DNA from: Candidatus Bathyarchaeota archaeon
GTDB lineage: Archaea > Thermoproteota > Bathyarchaeia > Bathyarchaeales > Bathycorpusculaceae
DNA: 64,000 nt
Assembly: GCA_963775895.1 (NCBI GenBank)
Contig: CAVZKL010000017.1
Location: 128,001 to 192,000 of the forward strand
Direction: 5' to 3'
Shown here: piece by piece, positions 30,726 through 40,969 of the stretch
How positions within the stretch are numbered: the stretch's first letter is position 1
Layout of the letters: every line of letters starts with the position of its first letter
The notes under the pieces: model-generated
Seen by the model: only the letters and a program-made list of their open reading frames with translations
Databases searched by the model: none
Told to the model about the DNA's origin: nothing
Position numbers and translations under genes: made by a program

Positions 30726-31439
30726 TTGCACAGGGAAGGGAAGAATCTGAAAGCTTCAAACATTTTCTCCCAAGCTGAGAAGGAAGGAAGAAAAGCCTTA
30801 CTCGAAACCGAAGCGAAGACCGTCTGCATGGAATACGGCATCCCAGTTACGAAGTTTGAACTCGCAAAGAACAAAGCAGACGCCGTAAGATTCGCGGAAT
30901 CAATCGGCTTTCCAGTAGTTTTGAAAATAGTCTCACCTGAAGTGATCCACAAGTCTGACGTCGGAGGCGTTGTCATCGGGATAAAAAACGCCAAAGAAGT
31001 GACAGACGCCTACGAGAAAATCATGGAAAACGTTAAGAGAAACGTTCCAAAAGCAAGAATTGAAGGCATGTTGATTCAGGAAATGGCTCCGTCAGGAACA
31101 GAGGTTATAGTGGGATCTGTAAAAGACCTTCAGTTTGGGCCAGCCATAATGTTTGGGCTCGGTGGCATCTTTGTCGAGGTACTGAAAGACGTGACTTTCA
31201 GAATCGCGCCGATAACGGAAGACGAGGCAATGGAGATGATAGGTGAAGTCAAAGCTTATCCTTTGCTCAAAGGTTACCGGAACACCCCGCCTGTCGACCT
31301 TGAAGCTATAACCAAAATTCTGCTTGACACGTCAAAACTAGTTATGGAACATATGGAGATCAAGGAATTAGACCTTAATCCAATCATAGTTTATGAAAAA
31401 GGAGCAAAAACCGTCGACGCACGCATAATTCTAGAATAG
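30726..31439 (+). CDS. Acetate-CoA ligase (ADP-forming) beta subunit, ATP-grasp
   Basis: GFPVVLKIVS..HKSDVGGV, FGPAIMFGLGG, ELDLNP, VDAR. Confidence 0.92.
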   Translation: MHREGKNLKASNIFSQAEKEGRKALLETEAKTVCMEYGIPVTKFELAKNKADAVRFAESIGFPVVLKIVSPEVIHKSDVGGVVIGIKNAKEVTDAYEKIMENVKRNVPKARIEGMLIQEMAPSGTEVIVGSVKDLQFGPAIMFGLGGIFVEVLKDVTFRIAPITEDEAMEMIGEVKAYPLLKGYRNTPPVDLEAITKILLDTSKLVMEHMEIKELDLNPIIVYEKGAKTVDARIILE

Positions 31440-31557
31440 GTTTTCACCCTCTCTTTTTCACCTTTCGCGTCAAGAAGACAATCTGGGCGCGAACTCCTCA
31501 GAAGGGCAAAAGTAATAAAACAGATTCTGGAATGCACAAGACTGAAGGAAAGCTGAC

Positions 31558-32433
31558 TTGTCAGCACAGCAAAAGAACCGCACGATCGAAGAACTTGAAG
31601 AGAAACTTAGGCTGCTGAAAGAGAAGAGGGCAACCTCGTACGATCATGCGACAGAATTTGCTGAAAATCGTGACAAGCTCAACGACAGGGTCAAAAATGT
31701 CCGCGGGGAGATCGAACAGCTGCGCGAACAGAGAGACGAAATAAACTGCAGGGTCAAAACGCTGAAACAGCAAAGAAACGACCTGACTTCAAAAATCAGC
31801 GAGAAAATCGAAGAAATCAAGAACCTGCGAGAAAAAGTCATAGACACGGCTCGGAAAAGGTCTTCCAAGAGCCACCAGACACTGCAGGAAGAAGTCGAAA
31901 GAATAGACTGGCAGATACAGACCACCCCACATACTCTGCAAGAAGACAAGGATCTCGTGGAGAAGGTAAAGGAACTTGAAGGTCAATTAAACGTTCATAA
32001 AAAGTATGAACGCATGAACAAGAGAATACGCGATCTGCGCGTAGAAGTTGAGAACTTAAAGACCGAAAGCAGAGAATGCCACGAATCTCTCACTAACAAT
32101 GCAAAGAAAAGCCAAGAACTTCATGAGAAAATGCTCGGAAAAGTCGAGGAGTTCAGAAGACTGCGAGCAGAAGCCGATAACGTGCACAAACAGTTTGTGG
32201 CATCGAGAGAGAGTGCCCAGCCCGTGCAAGACGAAATTGCAGCTATCCTCACCGAAATTAAGAAACTAAAGGATGAGATGCGAGAAGAAGAGAAAAAGGA
32301 AAAGAAGCAGAGTGAAGCTGAGTTGAGACAGACAATTGAAAGCAAGGCTAAAGAAAAGCTGAAGCGCGGCGAGAAACTGAGCTGGGAAGAATTCCAAGTT
32401 CTTGCAGAAAAGGGAATTTCGACGCAAGATTAA
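31558..32433 (+). CDS. Archaeal coiled-coil protein (COG1340-like)
   Basis: Long E/K-rich heptads, IDWQIQT, C-terminal KRGEKLSWEEF; upstream of DUF373. Confidence 0.8.
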   Translation: MSAQQKNRTIEELEEKLRLLKEKRATSYDHATEFAENRDKLNDRVKNVRGEIEQLREQRDEINCRVKTLKQQRNDLTSKISEKIEEIKNLREKVIDTARKRSSKSHQTLQEEVERIDWQIQTTPHTLQEDKDLVEKVKELEGQLNVHKKYERMNKRIRDLRVEVENLKTESRECHESLTNNAKKSQELHEKMLGKVEEFRRLRAEADNVHKQFVASRESAQPVQDEIAAILTEIKKLKDEMREEEKKEKKQSEAELRQTIESKAKEKLKRGEKLSWEEFQVLAEKGISTQD

Positions 32434-32448
32434 AGTGATCACGCAACA

Positions 32449-33651
32449 GTGTACTACATGAATGAGATAAACATGAAAGCCGCTCCTGGAAACGAGCAAA
32501 AACGTGTTCTTGTTCTTTGTGTTGACAGAGATGGTGATCTGGGAGCCAAGGCCGGCGTCAAGACCCCCGTGGTTGGAAGAGAAGAGAACCTGAACGCCGC
32601 CGTATCCCTAGCCCTCAAAGATCCCGAGGAACCTGACGCAAACGCCATTTTCGAGGCGGTTCGTATATACGACCGCTTGAAGGCTGAAAACCGTCCTGAA
32701 GAGACCGTTGAGGTGGCCAGTCTTTCTGGTTCTGAACTGGGCGGCATCAGCGCAGACAGGAAAGTCGTTGCCGAATTGAATGACCTATTGGGCTCGTTTC
32801 AGGCGACCGAAGTAATACTGGTGTCCGACGGATACTCCGATGAAGCAGTGTTGCCCGTTATCCAATCTAGGGTGCCCGTGTCGTCGGTAAGGCGGATCGT
32901 GGTTAAACACAGCGAGTCCATAGAAGAGACAGCTGCGCTGTTTACGCGATACCTGAGAGTTCTCGTGGATAGCCCGCGCTATTCTCGAATTGCATTAGGG
33001 GTGCCGGGTGTACTTATTCTCCTGCTGGGAATATTCTCCATTTTTGGATGGGTGCAGTATTATTTGATCGCGTTCGCCATTGTCTTGAGCGTGGTGCTTG
33101 TCGTTAGAGGTTTCGGCGTAGACAAGATGGCCAAGGATTTCTACAAATGGGCGAAAGAATACTCTCCGCCTCCATTGCGCGTTCAGATCTCGAACTTTTC
33201 CGCAATCGCCGGGGTGTTGCTATTTGTGCTCGGCGTGTATTTGGGAGGAGCCAAGGCTGCGTTAGAATTCACTGCACAACCCGACATAACATCCTATTTG
33301 ACAATACTTCCCAGACTTACGGGCTTCTTCATCGGGGATGCAATAACGCTCATCGTCATTGGCATATGCGTCGCCTTGCTTGGCAGAGCCATTCGATGGT
33401 ATCTTGAACACGACGCGCGTTTGTTGCGTAACGGCGCGTTGATCGTGACAATTGCATGGTCCAGACAGATTTTCCTGTCTGCTTCGGATTTGTTAAAAGG
33501 AGTCGAAGGCATCGAGAGAGTTGTCTTGGCTACAGTGATAGGCATCCTGATCGGAATAGCCTCAGTGCTCATAGTGTTTGTTCTGCACCGGAGAGCGAAG
33601 AAGTTCTTCCGTGAAGATGAACATCGGATGGAAGAATTCGGAGAAGAGTGA
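32449..33651 (+). CDS. DUF373 family membrane protein
   Basis: LVLCVDRDGDLG, DPEEPDAN, VSDGYSDE, RIVVKHS. Confidence 0.9.
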   Translation: MYYMNEINMKAAPGNEQKRVLVLCVDRDGDLGAKAGVKTPVVGREENLNAAVSLALKDPEEPDANAIFEAVRIYDRLKAENRPEETVEVASLSGSELGGISADRKVVAELNDLLGSFQATEVILVSDGYSDEAVLPVIQSRVPVSSVRRIVVKHSESIEETAALFTRYLRVLVDSPRYSRIALGVPGVLILLLGIFSIFGWVQYYLIAFAIVLSVVLVVRGFGVDKMAKDFYKWAKEYSPPPLRVQISNFSAIAGVLLFVLGVYLGGAKAALEFTAQPDITSYLTILPRLTGFFIGDAITLIVIGICVALLGRAIRWYLEHDARLLRNGALIVTIAWSRQIFLSASDLLKGVEGIERVVLATVIGILIGIASVLIVFVLHRRAKKFFREDEHRMEEFGEE

Positions 33652-33869
33652 TGCCACGCGGATGAACGGGACCGAGGAACGGCGCGCGACCGTCAACTGG
33701 CGTTGCAAGCCATCTTTTGAGCATTTGCATCCGATGACCGAGTGGAAAGTACCTCCAAGAGAATGGCAAGAACTAGGGAAACTCTTAATTGAGAGGATCA
33801 GGGTTTTTTGACATGAAACGCAAGGAAATCTCAGTGCGCCGAAGCACTTGAGAGTGCGGGGTTCGACTA

Positions 33870-34652
33870 GTGTTTAAGACGTTGCTTTCCGCCGTTGGGG
33901 CCTACAGGATTTACGAGGGATGGTTATGGCGTCAAGTTAAGGCTGGCGCCAAACCGGAACACATAGCCATTATTTTGGACGGTAACAGAAGGTGGGCTTC
34001 TGACAAGATTATGAACCCTTGGCTTGGACACGAAAAGGGCGCTGAGAAGGTTGAGGAGCTCCTTGATTGGTGCTTGAAACTGAACGTTAAATCAATGACG
34101 CTCTACGCGTTTTCAACAGAAAACTTCCGACGTCAACAGCTCGAGGTGGCCGAGATCATGCGGATCGCCGAGCAAAGTCTCAGGAAACTTCTGACGGACG
34201 AGCGCATACGAAAGAACAGGATAAGGGTGAAAGTCATCGGCAGAGTGAACTTGCTGCCAAAGAGCCTTCAGCGACTCATCGCAGACGTTGAAAAAGCCAC
34301 GCAGGACTACGATCAGCACTTCTTGAATTTCGCATTTGCCTACGGTGGAAGGGCCGAGATCGTGGATGCGGCAAGAAAGATCGCTGAGGAAGTTCATGAG
34401 GGCAAACTCGACCCTGAAAAAGTGGATGAAAAAACCTTTGAACAGTACCTTTACACTTCTCACATGCCCCAGCAAGATCCCGACCTCATTATCAGGACTT
34501 CGGGTGAGGCACGACTAAGTGGTTTTCTGCTCTGGCAGTCAGCCTACAGTGAACTGTGTTTTCTGGACGTCTATTGGCCAGATTTTCGCAAGATCGACCT
34601 GCTACGGTCCGTGAGGACTTTCCAGAAACGAAAGAGACGTTTCGGAGAATAA
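33870..34652 (+). CDS. uppS: Undecaprenyl/polyprenyl diphosphate synthase
   Basis: HIAIILDGNRRW, YAFSTENF, YGGR.EI, DLIIRTSGE.RLSGFLLWQ. Confidence 0.95.
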   Translation: MFKTLLSAVGAYRIYEGWLWRQVKAGAKPEHIAIILDGNRRWASDKIMNPWLGHEKGAEKVEELLDWCLKLNVKSMTLYAFSTENFRRQQLEVAEIMRIAEQSLRKLLTDERIRKNRIRVKVIGRVNLLPKSLQRLIADVEKATQDYDQHFLNFAFAYGGRAEIVDAARKIAEEVHEGKLDPEKVDEKTFEQYLYTSHMPQQDPDLIIRTSGEARLSGFLLWQSAYSELCFLDVYWPDFRKIDLLRSVRTFQKRKRRFGE

Positions 34653-34658
34653 CCAGGA

Positions 34659-35891
34659 TCAGGCTCTTTTGCGCGCGCTGACGATCGAGACCACGTCTCT
34701 GTCTTTCAGAATGTAGTCTTCACCAATGCGCTTCTTCTCACGAGCTTCAACTGCATAGATGAAGCCTTCACCGAGCTCCGTGTGAATTATGTACGCAAGC
34801 TGACGAGCCGTCGTTCCGTAGGGGACGAGGTAGGCGTCAGGCAGCACTCTTCCAGCGTGATCGCTCAAATGTTCAACGTCTTCAACGGGATAGACCGTTA
34901 TCATGCTCAACAATTTGAAGTAGGCGGTGTTGATCGCTTCCTGCACACCCGTTGAGCCGAAGTCCAGAAGGATTTTTTGTCTTATCGTCTCCAACGCCCT
35001 GATCTGGACCTCGTTGAGTCTTTCGGGTGCGCTGATCCCGAAGTTGCAGTCCCCAGGTCTGTAATCGATCAACTTTTTCTCCGCCGCTCTCCTCAGCGCG
35101 AGCTCCGCCTCCGAGCAGGCTGGAATCACGAGTTTATTGGCTTTCTTCAACCGTTCCAAGTTGGCTTCGGACGTGGGCAAGTCCATCTTGTTAGCAACGA
35201 TGAGTATAGGTTTAGAAACTTGCCTGAGCACATCCACGAACCTTAGGAAATCATCATCGCTCCAAAACGTCGGCTTGTCGGCGCTGAGGCCCGCTTTTCT
35301 TATCGCCTCAAGAAAGTGTGCGCGCTTTATTCCCAGTCCGCTTAACCGCTCTTCAAGCATCCCAACGAGGTCTTTCGACTCGGCTTCGGCTGTTCGTGCA
35401 ATTTTCAGCCAATCCTTCCTAAGAATCGAGGCCATCCACATCGTTATCTCGTGCTCAAGGAACTTCACGTCTTCCAAAGGATCATTCTCGCCAAGTTTGC
35501 AGAGTCTGCCTTCACAGTCCGTTCCACCCGAAGCGTCAACGATGTGTATCAGCGCGTCGGCCTTTCGAATCTCATCCAAGAACTGGTTGCCAAGCCCCTT
35601 TCCCTCCCAAGCTCCGGGCACGAGCCCCGCACAGTCGATGAAGTCGATGGGTATGAGTCTCACACCGTTCATACATATGGAGTTGGCAGGATTGTCAGTG
35701 ACATCGAATTCTTCGTGGACGCACGGCGTTCGAACGTAGCCTATTCCCCTGTTGGGTTTTATCGTCGTGAACGGATAGTTTGCGATCTCCGCGGGAGCCA
35801 GCGTTGCCGCACAGAAGAAAGTCGATTTCCCAGTGTTAGGTTTTCCAACGATTCCCAACAATTTCGAATAGGACTTCTGCATTTCCCTCAC
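34659..35891 (-). CDS. ychF: Obg-family ATPase/GTPase YchF (archaeal)
   Basis: GKPNTGKST, ANYPFTTI, DCAGLVPGA..GLGN, NKMD, C-terminal TGS domain. Confidence 0.92.
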   Translation of the reverse strand: MREMQKSYSKLLGIVGKPNTGKSTFFCAATLAPAEIANYPFTTIKPNRGIGYVRTPCVHEEFDVTDNPANSICMNGVRLIPIDFIDCAGLVPGAWEGKGLGNQFLDEIRKADALIHIVDASGGTDCEGRLCKLGENDPLEDVKFLEHEITMWMASILRKDWLKIARTAEAESKDLVGMLEERLSGLGIKRAHFLEAIRKAGLSADKPTFWSDDDFLRFVDVLRQVSKPILIVANKMDLPTSEANLERLKKANKLVIPACSEAELALRRAAEKKLIDYRPGDCNFGISAPERLNEVQIRALETIRQKILLDFGSTGVQEAINTAYFKLLSMITVYPVEDVEHLSDHAGRVLPDAYLVPYGTTARQLAYIIHTELGEGFIYAVEAREKKRIGEDYILKDRDVVSIVSARKRA

Positions 35892-36015
35892 TCCCTGCCG
35901 TCAGTCCTCAGGTCAAATCTGCTTTTGCAGTTGTTAGATACCTTGGTGCGAGACTCTATATGGTTTGTGCTGGCAAGACTGACCTGAACAAATCAAAAGG
36001 AAAACACTCTCACGC

Positions 36016-36099
36016 CGTGCATATTTGGATCCTAATATTCATGATACATTGAAACCGAGGAGGGTAGGGTACACAATAAGCTTTTTTTCAGCGAATAAA
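36016..36099 (+). repeat. Copy 1 of a conserved intergenic element (49-bp exact core 36016-36064)
   Basis: CGTGCATATTTGGATCCTAATATTCATGATACATTGAAACCGAGGAGGG is identical to the reverse complement of 54530-54578; similarity continues through GGTACACAAT and CAGCGAATAAA. Confidence 0.92.
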
Positions 36100-36152
36100 T
36101 CCCCGCACACTTCACCGTGCAACTAAGCCCATATGTCGAGCATCCTCACTTT

Positions 36153-37521
36153 CTAAGCTTCTCGGTCAACGATCTTCTTGATCTTTCTCAACGCAGGACT
36201 CAGCCTGACAGGATATCGACGAACACGCGTAAGCCTCTTGTAATCGTCAGGGAGTCGCGATAGGTTCTCAATAGTTGCTTCTCTGATCTCTTCCAGACTA
36301 GGCGCCTCACGCGAGGATCGTCCTCTTTCCATGACTCTAGTCAACAAAGATTCCCCAGCCACCTTCTCATTCTCCAACCCGATCACGTCCTGAACGTACC
36401 TTCCGTCCTCGTCGCTCTGCCTGAAAACCTGTTTCCTCCCCGGCAACGTGATCTTGCCCTCGCTCAATTTCATCGCCGGAACAAAAACCCCACGCTCAAA
36501 CATGCCCGACAGTTTATAGACAACGTCAACATAAGGCCTGTCAAAAGAAGTACTCATTCGCGTGCCAACTCCAAACGCATCGATCATCGGCGCCCTTTCT
36601 CAACAAATCCGCGATCACAAACTCGTCCAAATCTCCGGTCGCGAAGATCTTAACGTACTCAAGACCATGAGAATCCAGTATCCTCCTCACTTTCCTACTC
36701 AAACCCAGCAAATCACCGCTGTCGAGCCGAACGGCGTTCAACCTACGCCCCTCCTTCTCAAGCTCTTTAGCGACGACGGCAGCGTTCTCGGCGCCCTTCA
36801 ACGAATCGTAAGTGTCTATGAGCAGAGTTGAACTGTCCGGAAACGTCCTTGAAAAAGCTCTGAAAGCATCTATCTCATGGTCGAAGGACATGACGTAAGA
36901 ATGCGCCATAGTTCCAAACACAGGAATATTGTACTTCATGCCTGCAAGAACGTTGGAAGTACCGTCAGCTCCGACGAGATAGCTACACCTCGCCGCCTTC
37001 ATTCCAGCATCGGTTCCCTGACTTCTCCTCAGACCGAACTCCACCACAGACCTGCCCCGCGCCGCACAGACCACTCTGGAAGCTTTCGTAGCTAACATGG
37101 TCTGCAAGTTGACCGTGTTAAGAATGAACGTCTCAATCAACTGAGCTTCAATCATGGGCGCAGTGACCCTAATCAGGGGCTCGTGCGGAAAGACCACAGT
37201 TCCCTCACGAACGGCCCACACTTCACCCGTGAACCTGAAGTCTTCAAGATAATCAAGAAACTCCTCACTCAGCTTCCGTTTCCTCAAATACCCGATCTGC
37301 TCTTCACCGAACCTCACGTTTTCCAGATAAAGCAACACCTGCTCCAGCCCGGCGAAAATGAAGTACGACCTGTTGGGAGGCAGTTTTCGAATGAAAAGAT
37401 CAAACGTCGCGACTTCATTCCTCTCGTTTTCAAAATAACTTGCACACATTGTCAACTCATAAAAATCGGTCAAAAGATCCATGTTCGTTTCACTAACAAA
37501 GTCAAAGCCAGCTTTCTTCAT
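36153..37521 (-). CDS. pncB: Nicotinate phosphoribosyltransferase; apparent frameshift near 36590
   Basis: LLTDFYELTM, EFGLRR, GTMAHS, LIDTYD, VRLDSGD, FGVGT, VYKL. Confidence 0.92.
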
Positions 37522-37650
37522 TCCGCACCCTCAGAAGCAATATTTTTGGCTGTTCACTTTAACCTATCTCTCCAAGCACTACAAAGTGTTTTTCCAGTGA
37601 ACGTTTATCTGGCTTCTTCACAGCCTTCCATCTGAGCTGGGGAGCTACGC

Positions 37651-38364
37651 ATGTCTATTTTGTCAACCAAAAAACTCAGACGTCTTTCCCTCGGTTTCCC
37701 CACTTTAGACGATGTTTTTACAGGATTTGAGCTCGGCGATTTTGCCGTCACACAAGGCAATGCAGCGCCATTCATGTCCTCGGTTCTTTCTGTCCGTGCT
37801 CAGTTACCAAGCGAGCGCGGAGGTTTAGAATCATCTGCCGTTTTCATCGATGGCGGCAACTCGTTTAGCCCCTATGAAGTTGCGGAAACCGCACGCGATT
37901 ACGGCTTGGATTGCAAGGCAACCTTGGAAAAAGTGTACGTTTCAAGGGCTTTCACCGCCTACCAGCTTTCATCACTAGTTCTTGACAAGGTTTGTTCCGT
38001 TCTGCGAAAGACTAGGACTAGACTACTGATCATCTCAGACATCACCTCTCTGTTTCTTGATCGCGACATGCCCAAACTTGAAGGAAGAGAACTCTTCATG
38101 AAACTCTGTTCAAAACTTTCTGCAATTGCATCCGAAAAGCAGACGATCGTTGTCGTCAGCTATTTTCCGCAAAGTCGATCCAGACAGAGTTTGTTCTTTG
38201 AAGCTGCTTTGTTCGGAAAATCCAACGTACTAATCACGTTAAAGAGGCGCGGACAAGCAGTAAGTGTCTTTTTGGAAGACCATCCTCACATCAAACCTTT
38301 CTGCATGGATTTTACCCCTGATAAACAGCACGGTCACATTTATGGAGGCACGAGTTTTGGGTAG
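37651..38364 (+). CDS. RadA/RecA-fold protein lacking Walker A (PolB2-associated)
   Basis: LSLGFPTLDD, RAQLP..GGL, FIDGGNSFSPY, VSRAFTAYQL; no GKT motif. Confidence 0.8.
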   Translation: MSILSTKKLRRLSLGFPTLDDVFTGFELGDFAVTQGNAAPFMSSVLSVRAQLPSERGGLESSAVFIDGGNSFSPYEVAETARDYGLDCKATLEKVYVSRAFTAYQLSSLVLDKVCSVLRKTRTRLLIISDITSLFLDRDMPKLEGRELFMKLCSKLSAIASEKQTIVVVSYFPQSRSRQSLFFEAALFGKSNVLITLKRRGQAVSVFLEDHPHIKPFCMDFTPDKQHGHIYGGTSFG

Positions 38365-38626
38365 AACCGTTCCGTCTTACAGACAAGCTTTAGAAGAGGA
38401 GATCATACGTTGGGAAGGCTTCAAGAGAGCTCTGCGAGACAAAGACGAAGAAGCGTTTGACAGAATGATGAACGCGTGCAGGATCTACGCGTCAGCGGGC
38501 GGCATGGCGACAAGACCTATACTCACCGAGGCGATGTTCATGTCCATCTTGCTGAGCCATCGGAAAGAACTAATGGAGATCCGGGAAAGTCTTGAGCGAC
38601 TTGAAAAAAGGCTTCGTCAAACTTAA
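38357..38626 (+). CDS. Small PolB2-associated helical protein (arCOG07300-like)
   Basis: TTG start after GGAGG; MGRTVPSYR..E..W..F.RAL...D; lies between the RadA-like gene and PolB2. Confidence 0.8.
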   Translation: MGRTVPSYRQALEEEIIRWEGFKRALRDKDEEAFDRMMNACRIYASAGGMATRPILTEAMFMSILLSHRKELMEIRESLERLEKRLRQT

Positions 38627-40892
38627 TCCCGTTCGAGGATGGCTGTTTGACGTTTACCCTTCAGGCCCGGACGAGATTACTATCTGGCTTATTACAGAAA
38701 ATGGCGAACGCGTTCGATTCATTGATAGGTTTATCTTTAGAATTTATGTTTCTGGAAATCTTTCTGACCTCAACCGCTTAGCGGAAAAGACCAAGAGCAA
38801 CAATCTGATAACAGATTGTCGTCTCGTTGAAAAGAACGCCGATTTCATGGAAGGCCACAAGCACAAAGTCTTGGAAGTGAGCATCAAAGATCACACGAAA
38901 GTTTCATATTTAGCCACAGATCTGTTCAGGTTTGGCAATAACGGAAGCCTTCGTTTCTACAATGTTGATGTCACAGTTCCACAAGCCTATTTGTACGACA
39001 AAGATGTTTTCCCATTCGCACATGTTATGGTCGTCGCCTCTGGAAAACGACTTTGTTACGACTTGCTTGATTCGGTTGAAAGCGTCGATTATTCTCTCCC
39101 CAAACTGCGCTCGCTATGGCTCAAGGTGAGTGTCAAGAAAGAAGGAGTTTCACAAAAACCGACTGACAAGATAGATCGCCTTTCTTTGGAACATGATGGA
39201 AAGACAACGGTTATCGATGACGCCAATGAAGAAACGAAGATCCTTGAGCTTGTTAAAGCTTTCAAGAATTTAGATCCTGACGTGGTTTTCACGGAAGGTG
39301 GAGACTCCTTCTCGCTGCCCTATCTCGCTCATCGCGCCTTCGTCAACGGCGTACTGGATCGTTTTGTACTAAGCAGAGAAGACATTCCTTTGAAATTGAT
39401 CAAAGGCAAAGGAACAACCTTCTTCTCTTATGGTCGAGTTTACCACAAAGCTCCGATGCAGAGACTTTTCGGCAGAGTGCACATCGACGTTAACAACACG
39501 TTCATCTATTCCGCATGCGGTTTAGAAGGACTCATTGAGGTTTCAAGAACCTGCAGAGTTCCCATCCATCGCTCTTCAAGAGCTTCTATCGGAACAATAA
39601 TGTCTTCTCTACAGCTTTACACCGCGTGGAAAGATAGCACTCTGATTCCGTGGAAAAAGAACGAGCCAGAATCTTTCAAAACAGCGTGGGAATTGTTTGT
39701 TGCTGATCGCGGCGGTTTCATTTTTGAGCCCAAGATCGGCTTTCACACAGATATTTTCGAAGTTGACTTCACCTCTATGTTTCCTACACTAATGCTAACG
39801 CGGAACATTTCAGCTGAGACTGTCCTCTGCAAGTGCTGCCCAGACTCCAACAACCGAGTTCCAGAACTAGGCTACAACATTTGTGAAAAGAGGGAAGGGA
39901 TCGTTCCTAAAACTCTGAAGTTGCTCTTAAGGAAACGTTCGAGGTACAAGAGTCTGATGAGGGAAATTGAAGACCCGAACTTAAGGCACGTTTACAGCAT
40001 GCGGCAGGCTGCTCTTAAATGGATTTTAGTGACATGCTTCGGCTATTTAGGGTACAGAAACGCGCGTTTCGGAAAGGTTGACGCTCATATCGCCGTATGC
40101 GCTTTTGCCCGCGACGCATTATTGAAGACAGCTAGACTGGCCGAAGAGCATGGTTTTGAAGTTATTCACGGCATTGTAGATTCGCTGTGGCTGAAGAAAA
40201 TAAACGCCCACCCTGGAGAGATCGTTGATTTTTGTCATGAAACTTCAAAAGCCATTAACGTTAACTTGGGTCTTGAAGGGAAGTATCGGTGGATCGTTTT
40301 TCTACCCTCGAAAGTCTTGGAAGACGTTCCAGTTTTAAACAGGTATTACGGCGTGTTTGAGAACGGCGATATTAAGCTCAGAGGTGTTGAGGCCAGACGA
40401 GGAGACACGCCCATTCTAATTGTCAAAGCTCAGATGGAAATGATCAGGAAACTCGCAGGCGCAAACAGTCTGGCAAGTTTCAAAGAAAAAATCCCTGAAG
40501 CTTTGCACGTATTGAGAGCTTATGCAGATAAAGTGGTAGAAGGTGAAGTGGATTTACAGGAATTGCTAATTACCAAAAGAATCTCAAAAACGCCTACGAA
40601 CTATAGCCATGACGTTCTTCAGGCAATCGCGTCAAAACAGTTGGAGAAGGCAGGTTTTGAGGTGCACGCAGGACAAACCGTCCAGTATGTGATGACGAAT
40701 GTCGCATCTAAATGGGTCAATGAAAGGGTCACTGCAGAGCAACTCCTGAAGTCCAGCACCCATTACGACGTTAAGGAGTATATTAAACTCCTAATTTCAG
40801 CAGGAGAAACTCTATTCAACCTGTTCGGATACAACAAACGCTTTATTGAAACCGAAGCTCTATTCAATGAACGCCAGCAGATGCTTTCATAA
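38592..40892 (+). CDS. Family B DNA polymerase, PolB2 (Dpo2) group
   Basis: GWLFDVY, DRGG, EVDFTSMFP, N(I)SAET, KWILVTCFGY, HGIVDSLW (YGDTDS variant), N(R)YYG, RGVE.RR.D. Confidence 0.9.
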   Translation: MSDLKKGFVKLNPVRGWLFDVYPSGPDEITIWLITENGERVRFIDRFIFRIYVSGNLSDLNRLAEKTKSNNLITDCRLVEKNADFMEGHKHKVLEVSIKDHTKVSYLATDLFRFGNNGSLRFYNVDVTVPQAYLYDKDVFPFAHVMVVASGKRLCYDLLDSVESVDYSLPKLRSLWLKVSVKKEGVSQKPTDKIDRLSLEHDGKTTVIDDANEETKILELVKAFKNLDPDVVFTEGGDSFSLPYLAHRAFVNGVLDRFVLSREDIPLKLIKGKGTTFFSYGRVYHKAPMQRLFGRVHIDVNNTFIYSACGLEGLIEVSRTCRVPIHRSSRASIGTIMSSLQLYTAWKDSTLIPWKKNEPESFKTAWELFVADRGGFIFEPKIGFHTDIFEVDFTSMFPTLMLTRNISAETVLCKCCPDSNNRVPELGYNICEKREGIVPKTLKLLLRKRSRYKSLMREIEDPNLRHVYSMRQAALKWILVTCFGYLGYRNARFGKVDAHIAVCAFARDALLKTARLAEEHGFEVIHGIVDSLWLKKINAHPGEIVDFCHETSKAINVNLGLEGKYRWIVFLPSKVLEDVPVLNRYYGVFENGDIKLRGVEARRGDTPILIVKAQMEMIRKLAGANSLASFKEKIPEALHVLRAYADKVVEGEVDLQELLITKRISKTPTNYSHDVLQAIASKQLEKAGFEVHAGQTVQYVMTNVASKWVNERVTAEQLLKSSTHYDVKEYIKLLISAGETLFNLFGYNKRFIETEALFNERQQMLS

Positions 40893-40969
40893 CAATGGAT
40901 TCTATCGAAAAATCGCTAGTCTTAATAGTTTGGTGCGTCATTGTAATTTTTTCTAATCTGGTGTAACAA

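Noticed and set aside
36016-36055. The repeat contains ATTGAAAC, the typical 3' end of archaeal CRISPR repeats
   Set aside because: Only two isolated copies 18.5 kb apart, identity continues past ATTGAAAC where a spacer should differ, and there are no cas genes
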